From Octopus sinensis (lineage: Eukaryota), in the NCBI RefSeq assembly GCF_006345805.1, contig NW_021836273.1:1-27841 (forward strand): a stretch of 27,841 nucleotides of DNA, given 5' to 3'. Of this stretch, positions 1 through 9,979 are shown piece by piece (position 1 is the first letter of the stretch; each line of letters begins with the position of its first letter). The translations under genes were made by a program, and so were the position numbers. The notes below the pieces were generated by a model that saw nothing but the letters and a program-made list of their open reading frames with translations, did not search any database and was not told the DNA's origin.

Positions 1-228
1 AAATGCCTGATGGTTTGCAATAATAATAATAATAATAACCAATATCTTCTGTAGTATTTGTTCGTCTGGAGTTCTTGTAAAATCTCGTCGTCCTTCAGCT
101 GTCATAAATCCAGTAAATCAGGGATTGACCTGTTAGAAGCCATTAGACTGAGACACTTTTGGCAGATACGTTTTTGACAAAATATGATATTAAATATTTG
201 GCTTCAAACGTGATATAAAATGTATTAG

Positions 229-422
229 TTTCAAATTATGACACAAGGCCAGCAATTTCGGGGTGGGTGTAAGCCTATTACATAGACCCAAATCTTCAAC
301 TGACACTTATTTTATCGACCCCGAAAGGATGAAAAGCGGAATTTGAACTTAAAATGGAAAGATGAAGGAAATGCTGCTAACCATTTTGTCCCGCGTGTTA
401 ACGGTGCTTCCTGAATGCTGCC
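229..422 (-). mobile_element. SINE family A, degenerate copy
   Basis: Reverse complement resembles 13656-13890 and 712-881 (e.g. ttatcgaccccgaaaggatgaaa, ggaatttgaact); internal deletions. Confidence 0.75.
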
Positions 423-473
423 TTAAACCGATATAAAATATATCAACATTCAATAATTCCATTTCTTGGCAGT

Positions 474-545
474 TTGAGATCAAATCTCGACGAGGGTGAC
501 TATACATTTCATCCTCTACAGATTTGTAAATTAACGTACAAGCTC
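474..545 (+). mobile_element. SINE family A body fragment, highly decayed
   Basis: gagatcaaatctcgacgagggtgactatacatttcatcc resembles gagttcaagttccgccgaggtcgactttgcctttcatcc at ~13723-13761. Confidence 0.4.
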
Positions 546-618
546 AACGTATTGCAGAAGCGGAAAACGTAATAGGTAGTATATAAGCATTGGTGTATTT
601 ATTCTGGTATGCATGCGT

Positions 619-881
619 CAATACCAGTTACGCACTGGGGTCGATATAATCGAGTTAATCCGTGTTTGTCTGTCCCCTCTGTGTGTAGCCTCTTGTAAGC
701 AGTAAAGAAATAGGTATTTCGTATGTCTTTAAGTTCTGAGTTCAAAATTGCGCTGAGGTCGACTTTGCCTTTCATTCTTTCGGGGTCGATAAATTAAGCA
801 CCAGTTGCATACTGGGGTCGATTTAATCGACTGGCGCCCTCTCCTCAGATATCTGGCCTTGTGCCTAGATTAGGAACGAAT
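619..881 (+). mobile_element. SINE family A, headless copy with two tandem body units
   Basis: 619-712 matches the 3' half of 13656-13890. 712-881 repeats the body (gaggtcgactttgcctttcattctttcggggtcgataaattaag) and ends in a different tail (ggccttgtgcctag), also seen reversed at 229-250 and 27171-27192. Confidence 0.75.
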
Positions 882-1069
882 ATTTAGGTATGCTATTTAT
901 GGGCAGAGACAAAAGAGTGGTTCTTACTTTCACGATGCCCTTCAAGCACTTGGTTCAATCCAACGGTTTCAGATAGTTCATGTTTATCAGATCACGTTCC
1001 TTCACGTGAATAACACAGCGTCCATGGATGCATCCACGAATTAGTACAAAATCTGGTGAAGATACTGAT

Positions 1070-1151
1070 AAGGATGAAGATGATAATGATGACAACGACG
1101 ATTGAGAAGAGTAAATGATGAAGATGAAGGGGATTTTGATGACAACGATGA

Positions 1152-1183
<32 letters not shown>

Positions 1184-1184
1184 T

Positions 1185-1218
<34 letters not shown>

Positions 1219-1256
1219 GATGATGATAATGATGATGATGATGATGATGATGACGA

Positions 1257-1290
<34 letters not shown>

Positions 1291-1358
1291 GGTGGTGGTG
1301 ATGATGATAATGATGATGATGATGACGACGATGATGATGACGATGATGGTGATGATGA

Positions 1359-1392
<34 letters not shown>

Positions 1393-1905
1393 GGTGGTGG
1401 TGGTGGTGATGATGATGATGATGACGATGACGACGATGGTGATAATGATGGTGTTGGTGAAGAGTAGAATGGGGTGTTTGTTTTAAATGATGATTGTGAT
1501 GATGATAATGGTGAAGATGAAGATGATTTGATGATGACGACAAGAACGATGATGACGTTCATGATGATGATAATAATAACGGTGATAATGATAATAATAA
1601 GGATGACGATCATGATGATGATCATGATGATGATCATGATAAAGGTGGTGTTGATTACGATGACGGTGATGAGGTTGATGATGAAGATCAGAATGAGTAA
1701 GTGGAGGAGAGGCAAAGGAAGGTGGTGATAAACACGGTGCTAATGAAGATTATGGAGGCCATGTTAAATATCAGTGATAATGACGACGATGAAAACGATG
1801 ATGAAGAAAGTTGCCGGCAATGATGATGATGTAGATGTTAATAATATTGATTAAAAACTAAGGCAAAGATGCTGAAGCGGATGATGATGATGATGAGGAG
1901 GAGGT
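1070..1905. repeat. Compound trinucleotide microsatellite (GAT)n/(GGT)n with decayed flanks
   Basis: Seen directly; explains the poly-D/M/H/S ORFs at 992-1728. Confidence 0.95.
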
Positions 1906-1956
1906 GTTGGGGAACAAAATATTTGGTTGTCCGGAAAGTTCGTGGCGATTTATAGT

Positions 1957-2345
1957 GGAGTGGAAGCACTCCGTCGGTTACGTCGACGAGTGTTCCGGTT
2001 GATCCGAATCAACGGAACAGCCTGCTCGTGAAATTAACGTGTAAGTGGCTGAGCACTCCACAGACACGTGTACCCTTAACGTAGTTCTCGGGGATATTCA
2101 ACGTGACATAGAGAGTGACAAGGCCGGCCCCTTGAAATACAGGTACAACAGAAAGAGGAAGTAAGTGTGAGAGAAAGTTGTGGTGAAAGAGTACAGCAGG
2201 GATCCCCACCATTCCCTGCCGGAGCCTCGTGGAGCTTTAGGTATTTTCGCTCAATAAACACTCACAACGCCCGGTCTGGGAATCGAAACCGCGATCCTAT
2301 GACCGCGAGTCCGCTGCCCTAACCACTGGGCCATTGCGCCTCCAC
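1957..2345 (-). mobile_element. SINE S1 (tRNA head, tail T1), full length
   Basis: A box TGGCCCAGTGG, B box GGTTTCGATTCC; 11-bp TSD cgatttatagt at 1946-1956 and 2346-2356. Confidence 0.95.
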
Positions 2346-2503
2346 CGATTTATAGTAGCTTACATTTCGACTTATATTAGAACATGGTTGAGTCCATAAA
2401 ATAGGATTTGACTACACCTTTATTTAGAGCACAGTTTACGCTATCTTTTCCAGGAAGAAGGTTAATGTTCCCATAACCTGTGTTAATTTTGTAACCCTTT
2501 AAT

Positions 2504-3221
2504 ATGGAAGATAAGAAAGTGCATTTTCGGCACTTGATGCTTTTGGAACCAGACAAAAATTGCTACAGCTCGGCTGGGATGTGTTACCCCACCCTCCATA
2601 TTCACCAGATATTGCTCCTTTGGATTTCCACTTATTCAGGTCTCTACAGAATAGTCTTAATGGTAAAAAAATTTCAATTCCTTGAATGACGTAAAATGAT
2701 ACCTTGATGAATTCTTTGCCATGAAACCACCTCAATTCTGGGAAGAGGGTATTTTCAAGCTAAAGGAAAGATGGATACGCATTGTTCAACAAAATGGCGC
2801 AGGAGTGGCTGGGTGGTAAGTAGCTTGTTTACCAACCACATGGTTCTGGGTTCAGTCCCACTGCGTGGCACCTTGGGCAAGTGTTTTCTACTATAGCCTC
2901 GGGCCGACCAAAGCCTTGTGAGTGGATTTGGTAGACGAAAACTGAAAGAAGCCCGTCGTATATATGTATATATATATATGTGTGTGTGTGTGTTTGTGTG
3001 TCTGTGTTTGTCCCCCTAGCATTGCTTGACAACCGATGCTGGTGTGTTTATGTCCTCGTCACTTAGAGGCAAAACAGACCGATAGAATAAGTACTGGGCT
3101 TGCAAGGAATAAGTGCCGGGGTCGAGGTGCTCGATTAAAGGCGGTGCTCCAGCATGGCCGCAGTCAAATGACTGAAACAAGTAAAAGAGTAAAGAGAAAA
3201 GGAGTATATTTGGTTGATTAA
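2504..3221 (+). pseudogene. Mariner transposase remnant: N-terminus fused to C-terminus, frameshifted, split by SINE S3
   Basis: MEDKKVHFRHLMLLE (2504-2548); then in another frame TRQKLLQLGWDVLPHPPYSPDIAPLDFHLFRSLQNSLNG (mariner YSPDLAP-type motif); then YLDEFFAMKPPQFWEEGIFKLKERWIRIVQQNG; after the SINE, VYLVD* ending 3221. Confidence 0.9.
2796..3196 (+). mobile_element. SINE S3, full length (tRNA-like head, CORE-like centre, internal TA/TG repeat)
   Basis: Head ggcgcaggagtggct; centre accttgggcaagtg resembles the CORE domain (from memory); tail cagcatggccgcagtcaaatgactgaaacaagtaaaagag; many other copies in the window. Confidence 0.92.
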
Positions 3222-3423
3222 AAATGTAATGACAAGTATTTATTGACCTTCTTCTTTCCTTTAAAAAATCGGCACGAACTTTCCGGACAACCCAATAAAT
3301 GAAACACCGAGAAGAATGTGTAATTAGTATTTTCCCTCGGTATGTTACAACTGGAGATGTCGAATTATTTCACGTGCCACACGAAGGGTTTCTTTCGTTA
3401 AACAGGGAACTTTATTTAAATGA

Positions 3424-3875
<452 letters not shown>

Positions 3876-3998
3876 AGCACGTTGTTGAATGACCGGCCAA
3901 TTTCATTCAACATTATTATTACATTTTAAACATTCACATCAATATATTGGCTTTTAAAAAGAATTAAATGCAACAAAAACATATAAACTAAATAGGCA

Positions 3999-4002
<4 letters not shown>

Positions 4003-4039
<37 letters not shown>
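4003..4039. repeat. (TA)n microsatellite
   Basis: Seen directly. Confidence 0.95.
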
Positions 4040-4043
<4 letters not shown>

Positions 4044-4379
4044 CAGCTAAAAAACTGCTGAAAAACAGCTAAACGAAACGGTATTTGATTTCGCGAAGAG
4101 CAGTAACATCGAGAACAATAACGATTGAAAACAAAAACAAAACACCAAATTGTGTAAAATAAATAGATATAATGGATTAATTAAATAAATGTTTATCGAA
4201 TCAAAAGTTTTACGCTTAATAGTTACGAGTAAAACCTGTAGTCAACTTATATCTTTCCACGTGATTATGCGACATAGGGAGAGAGTGATGTATAGAAAGG
4301 GAAATGGCTAGATTTACGCGCTGACACACAATCGCAGTCTTATACATACAGAAGTACACACGCTTGTCCGCACATATAC

Positions 4380-4401
4380 ATCTCTCTCTCTCTTTCTATC
4401 A

Positions 4402-4435
<34 letters not shown>

Positions 4436-4678
4436 ATATCTATATATATATATATATAAATGTATACATATAAATGGATATGATATATGTACAAATATAC
4501 GTGTACCTATATGTATGTACGCGTGTATACTTACATATATATATATATGTAGATATATGTATATATATATATATATATATATCGTATATATATTTATCTA
4601 TATGTATATATGTATGTATGTAAGTATATATATATATCGTATATATACTTATCTATATGTATATATGCATGTATGTAA

Positions 4679-4720
<42 letters not shown>

Positions 4721-4745
4721 GTTTATATACATATGCATATGTGAG
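4380..4745. repeat. (CT)n/(CTAT)n/(TA)n compound microsatellite
   Basis: Seen directly. Confidence 0.9.
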
Positions 4746-4939
4746 TGTATCATGGTAGCAGCAGGGACGTGTATGCCCTATAATAAATGAAGCAAAGTGT
4801 TAAGATTTGTAACAACCACCGTAGCTATAATTATAATTGTAATATTAAATATAAAGTGAAACAAAACGAAAGCTCCTTTTCAATTCTCGTAGATTTCATA
4901 ATGATGTGTCATTACATTCTCAATTGCATTTTTAACAAA

Positions 4940-4940
<1 letters not shown>

Positions 4941-4975
<35 letters not shown>
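4941..4975. repeat. (CA)n microsatellite
   Basis: Seen directly. Confidence 0.95.
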
Positions 4976-4978
<3 letters not shown>

Positions 4979-5358
4979 TATATATGTGTAAAGACTGAAA
5001 TATACGCATACACATACCATATATTTGGTTGCTTCCAAACTATAGTGAGCGGTATAGGAGGAGCTGATCGTTAGGCGAAAACTTAATTAAATACAGAGCA
5101 TAGAGTTCACGCCATCACATCATTTGATAGGATTCGATACGATGTACTTTAATTATAATCTATTGCGTTTTCTATTGATTTCCTTTTCCTTTTCTTTTTT
5201 TTCTTCTTTTTTGACAGGAGCGCGTAAAAGGGTAAATTATTTTAAATTCAATTGTATTATATCCGTCTTTGACGATTTATTTGCTTGTTGCTTGTTACTA
5301 ACGAGGAATGTTGACGAAGAAAGCGAAAATGCAATTTGAACTAATGTGTGTATGTATT

Positions 5359-5604
5359 GTGGAGGCGCGTGGCTTAGTGGTAAGGGTGTCAGCATCGTGA
5401 TCGTAAGATTGTGGTTTCGATTCCAGGACCGGGTGACACGTTGTGTTCTTGAGCAAAACATTTCATTTCACTTTGCTCTAGTCCACACAGCTGGCAAAAA
5501 TGAGTAACGCTGCGATGGACTGACATCCCGTCCAGCTAGGGAACACATACGCCATAGAAACCAGGAAACCGGGCCCATGAGCCTAGTTAGGCTTTAAAAG
5601 GGCG
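5359..5604 (+). mobile_element. SINE S2 (head H2, tail T2)
   Basis: A box TGGCTTAGTGG, B box GGTTTCGATTCC; centre gttgtgttcttgagcaaaac shared with 9867-9979 and 27247-27573; tail 5501-5604 shared with 18480-18590. Confidence 0.88.
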
Positions 5605-5639
5605 AAAGAATTATGTACGTATGCATGTATATACGTATA

Positions 5640-6012
5640 CCCCATTTTCCTCGAATAATGGAACCGCAACTACAATATCTTTATATACTTTATATTTATT
5701 TCTACTTTCATTCTCCTATTTCCCTCTATAATCCCTATCTCCCTCTTCCTTTTCCATAATAATTCCATATTAGGAACTTAAACATTTACCTATACTTAAC
5801 CAACTCACATCGTCTCTGATGAAAGGATAGCCATAATATCCCAGAAACAGCTGTAAAACTATATCTCTATCTTTTTCCTTATAAATGTCCTGAAAACTCC
5901 TCACAGCCTTGGCTTTGTGATCTTTTTTTCTCTTATATGTTGGTGTGTGTGGGTTTGAGTTGGCAGCCCTTCGTAGTGCGAGAAATATCGTTCTCAACAG
6001 GGTCAAGGATTG
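5640..6012 (+). mobile_element. Putative Penelope-like (PLE) or retrozyme-like remnant
   Basis: Pyrimidine-rich segment between TATG-type repeats that carries a hammerhead-like motif; family call is inference and boundaries are approximate. Confidence 0.4.
5809..5862 (+). ncRNA. Type I minimal hammerhead ribozyme motif, partly mutated
   Basis: CUGAUGA 5816-5822; stem II GGAUA/UAUCC (5825-5829/5837-5841); GAA 5844-5846; palindromic stem III ACAGCUGU; GUA site at 5855; stem I 5 of 7 pairs. Confidence 0.65.
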
Positions 6013-6014
6013 GT

Positions 6015-6300
6015 ATGCACGCATGTATGTATGTATGTATGTATGTATGTATGTATGTATGTATGTATGTATGTATATATGTATGTATACATGTATGTAT
6101 GTATTTATGCATGTATGTATGTATGTATGCATGTATGTATATATGTCTGCATGTATGTATATATGCATGTATGTATGTATGTATGTATATATGTATGTAT
6201 GCATGTATGTATATATGTATGCATGTATGTATATATGCATGTATGTATGTATGTATGTATATATGTATGTATGCATGTATGTATATATGTATGCATGTGT
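6015..6300. repeat. (TATG)n microsatellite with 72-bp higher-order unit
   Basis: Unit starts at 6129, 6201 and 6273. Confidence 0.9.
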
Positions 6301-6417
6301 GTCTTTTCTCGTTAATTATTCAATATTCCTTACAGAGGAAATATTTTACGTGCAATTATTCTATCTGGAAGATAGGCGGTTCCTTATACTTTCAGAATAT
6401 CTTTTCTTTATAATATA

Positions 6418-6713
6418 CTAGCAGTATCGCCCGGCGTTGCTCGGGTTTGTAAGGGAAATAACTATATAAGCATTTTTAGAGAGTTGTAGCCAAAAAATAG
6501 CCAAAAAAATGCATTAAAATGGAAAAAAATGATGGTAAATTTTTTTTTTAATCGTAGACTCATCGTAGACGCGCGCTAATACCCAGAAGGACTCGATATG
6601 AATCACGACTATAAGATACCCGGTTTTGGTTAAACTGCACCGCAAAATGTGGGAGTGGTTAGGAATCTAAATCGTAGGAGACAGACACACAACTTCACTT
6701 TTATATATAAAGA
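6418..6713 (-). mobile_element. Non-autonomous Helitron
   Basis: On the minus strand: A|TC 5' end (6713), subterminal hairpin cccgagcaacgccggg (6430-6445), CTAG|T 3' end (6418); no TSD. Confidence 0.85.
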
Positions 6714-6876
6714 TATTCACTTCACCGCAGATTCGAACGTGAGTATTCGATCGCTGTTGTTTTCACTTCTGGAGAACACCCTCCTCACTTTCACTGATCA
6801 ACAATCGTGGTTAATCTATTCAATGGCGTAAAGAGCTTTCGAGACATCACGAAATTTCGACTTCATCATATGTTTT

Positions 6877-7234
6877 GGATGGATGGAAGCACTCCGAATC
6901 AACGGAACAGCCTGCTCGTGAAATTAACGTGTAAGTGGCTGTGCACTCCACAGACACGTGTACCCTTAACGTAGTTCTCGGGGATATTCAGCGTGACACA
7001 AGAGAGTGACAAGGCCGGCCCTTTGAAATACAGGTACAACAGAAATAGGAAGTAAGAGTGAGAGAAAGTTGTGGTGAAAGAGTACAGCAGGGATCACCAC
7101 CATCCCCTACCGGAGCCTCGTGGAACTTTTAGGTGTTTTCGCTCAATAAACACTCACAACGCCCGGTCTGGGAATCGAAACCGCGATCCTACGACCGCGA
7201 GTCCGCTGCCCTAACCACTGGGCCATTGCGCCTC
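6877..7234 (-). mobile_element. SINE S1 with deletion in tail
   Basis: 13-bp TSD catcatatgtttt (6864-6876, 7235-7247); lacks about 30 bp between two tccg motifs. Confidence 0.95.
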
Positions 7235-7589
7235 CATCATATGTTTTACAGTGAGACTGTTAAATATCACAAGAGTAGTTCTTCGTTATGGTTATCCGTT
7301 AACAAGTTATATGTAAGTGTATGCAGATGTCTGCCAAACACTTATTTCAGGGGGCGCGAGCGGAAGAGCTAAAATCCTAACAATAACGTGTCTATTCATT
7401 TTTATTACGTTCTTGCATGTGGATATCCGATACTTGTTGCTTTTCACCACCGGAAAACATCTCTTCCTTCATAACACATGAGTTTTGCCGGCTCACCAGT
7501 GCAAGAGGACTTCCAGATACCGCAGTATTTCGTTTTTAAGACCTTTTTTCTCGTTTATAAAATAGAAATGTTATTGTGAGGTATACTTG

Positions 7590-7825
7590 CCATCTCAATA
7601 TGGCTAACCACTAAGGGTGGGTGTTACTGTAGCTTGTAGCCCCAGGAGAACATCGTCTCCAGCTGGCTATACGCCCACTTTCTGTGCCCTTATGGTATTT
7701 GCAAAGGGAGGTCATCCTTCCCTCGTCAACGTAAGTGATACGCACGGACTGCAGTTTCTAGGTTTTGACCTGTCCTCAGCGTACGACAATCACCGGTTTT
7801 CGATGAAAGGGGTCCCAATGCAAAT
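7590..7825 (-). mobile_element. Hammerhead-bearing repeat, putatively PLE- or retrozyme-derived
   Basis: Contains the motif at 7741-7785; 7622-7665 is homologous in inverted orientation to 8421-8461. Boundaries approximate. Confidence 0.5.
7741..7785 (-). ncRNA. Type I minimal hammerhead ribozyme motif, nearly intact
   Basis: Minus strand: cguacg-CUGAGGA-c-aggu-caaa-accu-a-GAA-ACUGCAGU-C-cgugcg. Stem I 6 bp (one G-U), stem II 4 bp, palindromic stem III, GUC site at 7747. Confidence 0.8.
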
Positions 7826-7830
7826 ACTTA

Positions 7831-8245
7831 TACTCTTTACTCTTTTACTTGTTTCAGTCATTTGACTGCGGCCATGCTGGAGCACCGCCTTTAGTCGAGC
7901 AAATCGACCCCGGGATTTATTCTTTGTAAGCCCAGTACTTATTCTATCAATCTCTTTTGCCGAACCGCTAAGTTACGGGGACGTAAACACACCAGCATCG
8001 GTTGTCAAGCAATGCTAGGGGGACAAACACAGACACACAAACACACACACACACATACATATATACATATATACATATATACGACAGGCTTCTTTCAGTT
8101 TCCGTCTACCAAATCCACTCACAAGGCATTAGTCGGCCCGGAGCTATAGCAGAAGACACTTGCCTAAGATGCCACGCAGTGGGACTGAACCCGGAACCAT
8201 GTGGTTGGTTAGCAAGCTACTTACCACACAGCCACTCCTGCGCCT
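7831..8245 (-). mobile_element. SINE S3, full length
   Basis: Colinear with 2796-3196 reversed. Confidence 0.93.
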
Positions 8246-8339
8246 ATATCGTTTTTCCAGTAACTTTTCCTCACTGATCTCTGAAAACTGTATGCAAGCA
8301 ATAAATCTCTCAATGAGAGATATTCAGTAACAGTTCTGG

Positions 8340-8461
8340 GTTATTACCAGAAACCAGTCCACAGATGTTATTTTACGCTTGATCGGAGTATTGAACTCCC
8401 TGTTCGAAAATATAGGGTCACAGCTGGAAACGATGTTTCCTGGGGCTAAACAACAGTAACA
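8340..8461 (+). mobile_element. Diverged relative of the 7590-7825 element
   Basis: gaaaccagtc (8350-8359) is gaaactgcagtc minus tg; body similarity (ttacgcttga, gaactccct); shared tail cagctggaaacgatgtttcctggggctaaacaacagtaaca. Confidence 0.45.
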
Positions 8462-8534
8462 TGCATACATTATATATACACAGACTCTCTCTCTCACACA
8501 CACACATACACATACACACATATATATATATAGA

Positions 8535-8926
8535 CTAGCAGTATCGCCCGGCGTTGCTCGGATTTGTAAGGGAAATAACTATAAAGCATTTTTAGATAGT
8601 TATAGCCATATAGCGAAAAAAAAAAAAAAAAATGGGAAAAAAAATGATAGTAAATTTTTTTGAGAGTTAAAAAGGTGGAGTTGCGTCCCTAGACAGTATG
8701 TGGTTGTGTTTCTGATTCCGACCCCATGTCGAATTTATCGATTTTTTTCAGAACTGGGGGAACTTTTCAAAATTTTTTCGCTTGCGTTAGTTTGAATTAT
8801 TTGACATGGGCTATGTGTGTGTCAAGTTTCATCAGAATCGGTTGAAAGCCGTGGTCAGGGTGAGGGTACAAGCAAACAGACACACAGAAACACACACAGA
8901 AAAACTGCCGTTTATATATAGAGAGA
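8535..8926 (-). mobile_element. Non-autonomous Helitron
   Basis: Plus-strand A|CTAG at 8534/8535 and GA|T at 8926/8927; about 130 bp of the 3' end shared with 6418-6713; absent from the empty site near 14720. Confidence 0.88.
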
Positions 8927-9122
8927 TAAATACAAACACACACTCACGTACATATACAGTACGGGGTCACATAGTAACACACATACACGAATATGTCTAT
9001 CCATATCACGTACATCGATGTACAACTTTCTAATATATATGTCACGATGAGAAAAAACATCTTTGCTCTGTTTAACATTTGTTTAATTTCATGATTTCAA
9101 ATAAATCAACCATTGCTATTTG

Positions 9123-9510
9123 CGGGGAGGGAAGCACTCCGTCGGTTACGACGATGAGGGTTCCGGTTGATCCGAATCAACGGAACAGCCTGCTCGTTAA
9201 ATTAACGCGTAAGTGGCTGTGCACTCCACAGACACGTGTACCCTTAACGTAGTTCTTGGGGATATTCAGCGTGACACAGAGAGTGACAAGGCCGGCCCTT
9301 TGAAATACAGGTACAACAGAAACAGGAAGTAAGAGTGAGAGAAAGTTGTGGTGAAAGAGTACAGCAGGGATCACCACCATCCCTGCCGGAGCCTCGTGGA
9401 GCTTTAGGTGTTTTCGCTCAATAAACACTCACAACGCCCTGTCTGGGAATCGAAACCGCGATCCTATGACCGCGAGTCCGCTGCCCTAACCACTGAGCCA
9501 TTGCGCCTCC
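9123..9510 (-). mobile_element. SINE S1, full length
   Basis: 14-bp TSD accattgctatttg (9109-9122, 9511-9524); single-copy empty site at ~14524-14537. Confidence 0.96.
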
Positions 9511-9705
9511 ACCATTGCTATTTGACATAACCTTTGACAGCACAGCCACATTATGTTGGTAAATAGACTTTACTTTTCTCTTTTGTATTTACTGACATAG
9601 TCAAGTACAAATATAAATGATGAACATGTGAATTTAATACTCCGAGTGGTCAAGCAGGAGTTTCCGATGCACTTTGCCCATGCTTGTACTCGTTTATTTA
9701 TCCCA

Positions 9706-9862
9706 TTACTCTTTTTACTCTTTTTTACTTGTTTCAGTCATTTGACTGCAAGCTATGCTGGAGCACTGCCTTTGGTCGAGCAAATCGACCCCAGGACTTA
9801 TTCTTTTGTAAGTCTAGTACTTATTCTATCGGTCTCTTTTGCCGAACCGCTAAGTTACGGGG
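9706..9862 (-). mobile_element. SINE S3, tail portion only
   Basis: Matches 7831-7980. Confidence 0.85.
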
Positions 9863-9866
9863 TGAA

Positions 9867-9979
9867 TGTATGTATTGTGGAGGAGCGTGGCTTAGTGGTA
9901 AGGGTGTCAGCATCGTGATCGTAAGATTGTGGTTTCGATTCCTGGACCGGGTGACGCGTTGTGTTCTTGAGCAAAACAT
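9867..9979 (+). mobile_element. SINE S2 head, 3'-truncated
   Basis: Three substitutions versus 5349-5461, including the shared 5' flank tgtatgtattg. Confidence 0.88.

Larger units (their letters stand above)
1922..3295 (+). mobile_element. Mariner (Tc1/mariner) transposon, internally deleted, interrupted by two SINEs
   Basis: 30-bp TIRs at 1922-1951 and 3266-3295 (28/30 identical), each flanked by TA; transposase remnants lie between them. Confidence 0.93.
8459..9538 (+). repeat. ~300-bp duplicated unit, copy 1, split by a Helitron and an S1 SINE
   Basis: 8459-8534, 8927-9122 and 9525-9538 together match the reverse complement of 14510-14809. Confidence 0.92.

Noticed and set aside
775-848. 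Minus-strand CUGAGGA ... GAAA within SINE A
   Set aside because: No stem III/UH or stem I; appears to be a chance mutation in this copy.
930-1050. Minus-strand AG-bounded segment encoding DFVLIRGCIHGRCVIHVKERDLINMNYLKPLD*
   Set aside because: No recognisable homology, no partner exons, and the pyrimidine tract comes from the adjacent microsatellite.
992-1728. Long poly-H/S/D/M ORFs, and similar poly-Y/I/L/N or CMYV-type ORFs elsewhere
   Set aside because: Translations of microsatellites that lack stop codons; no domain content.
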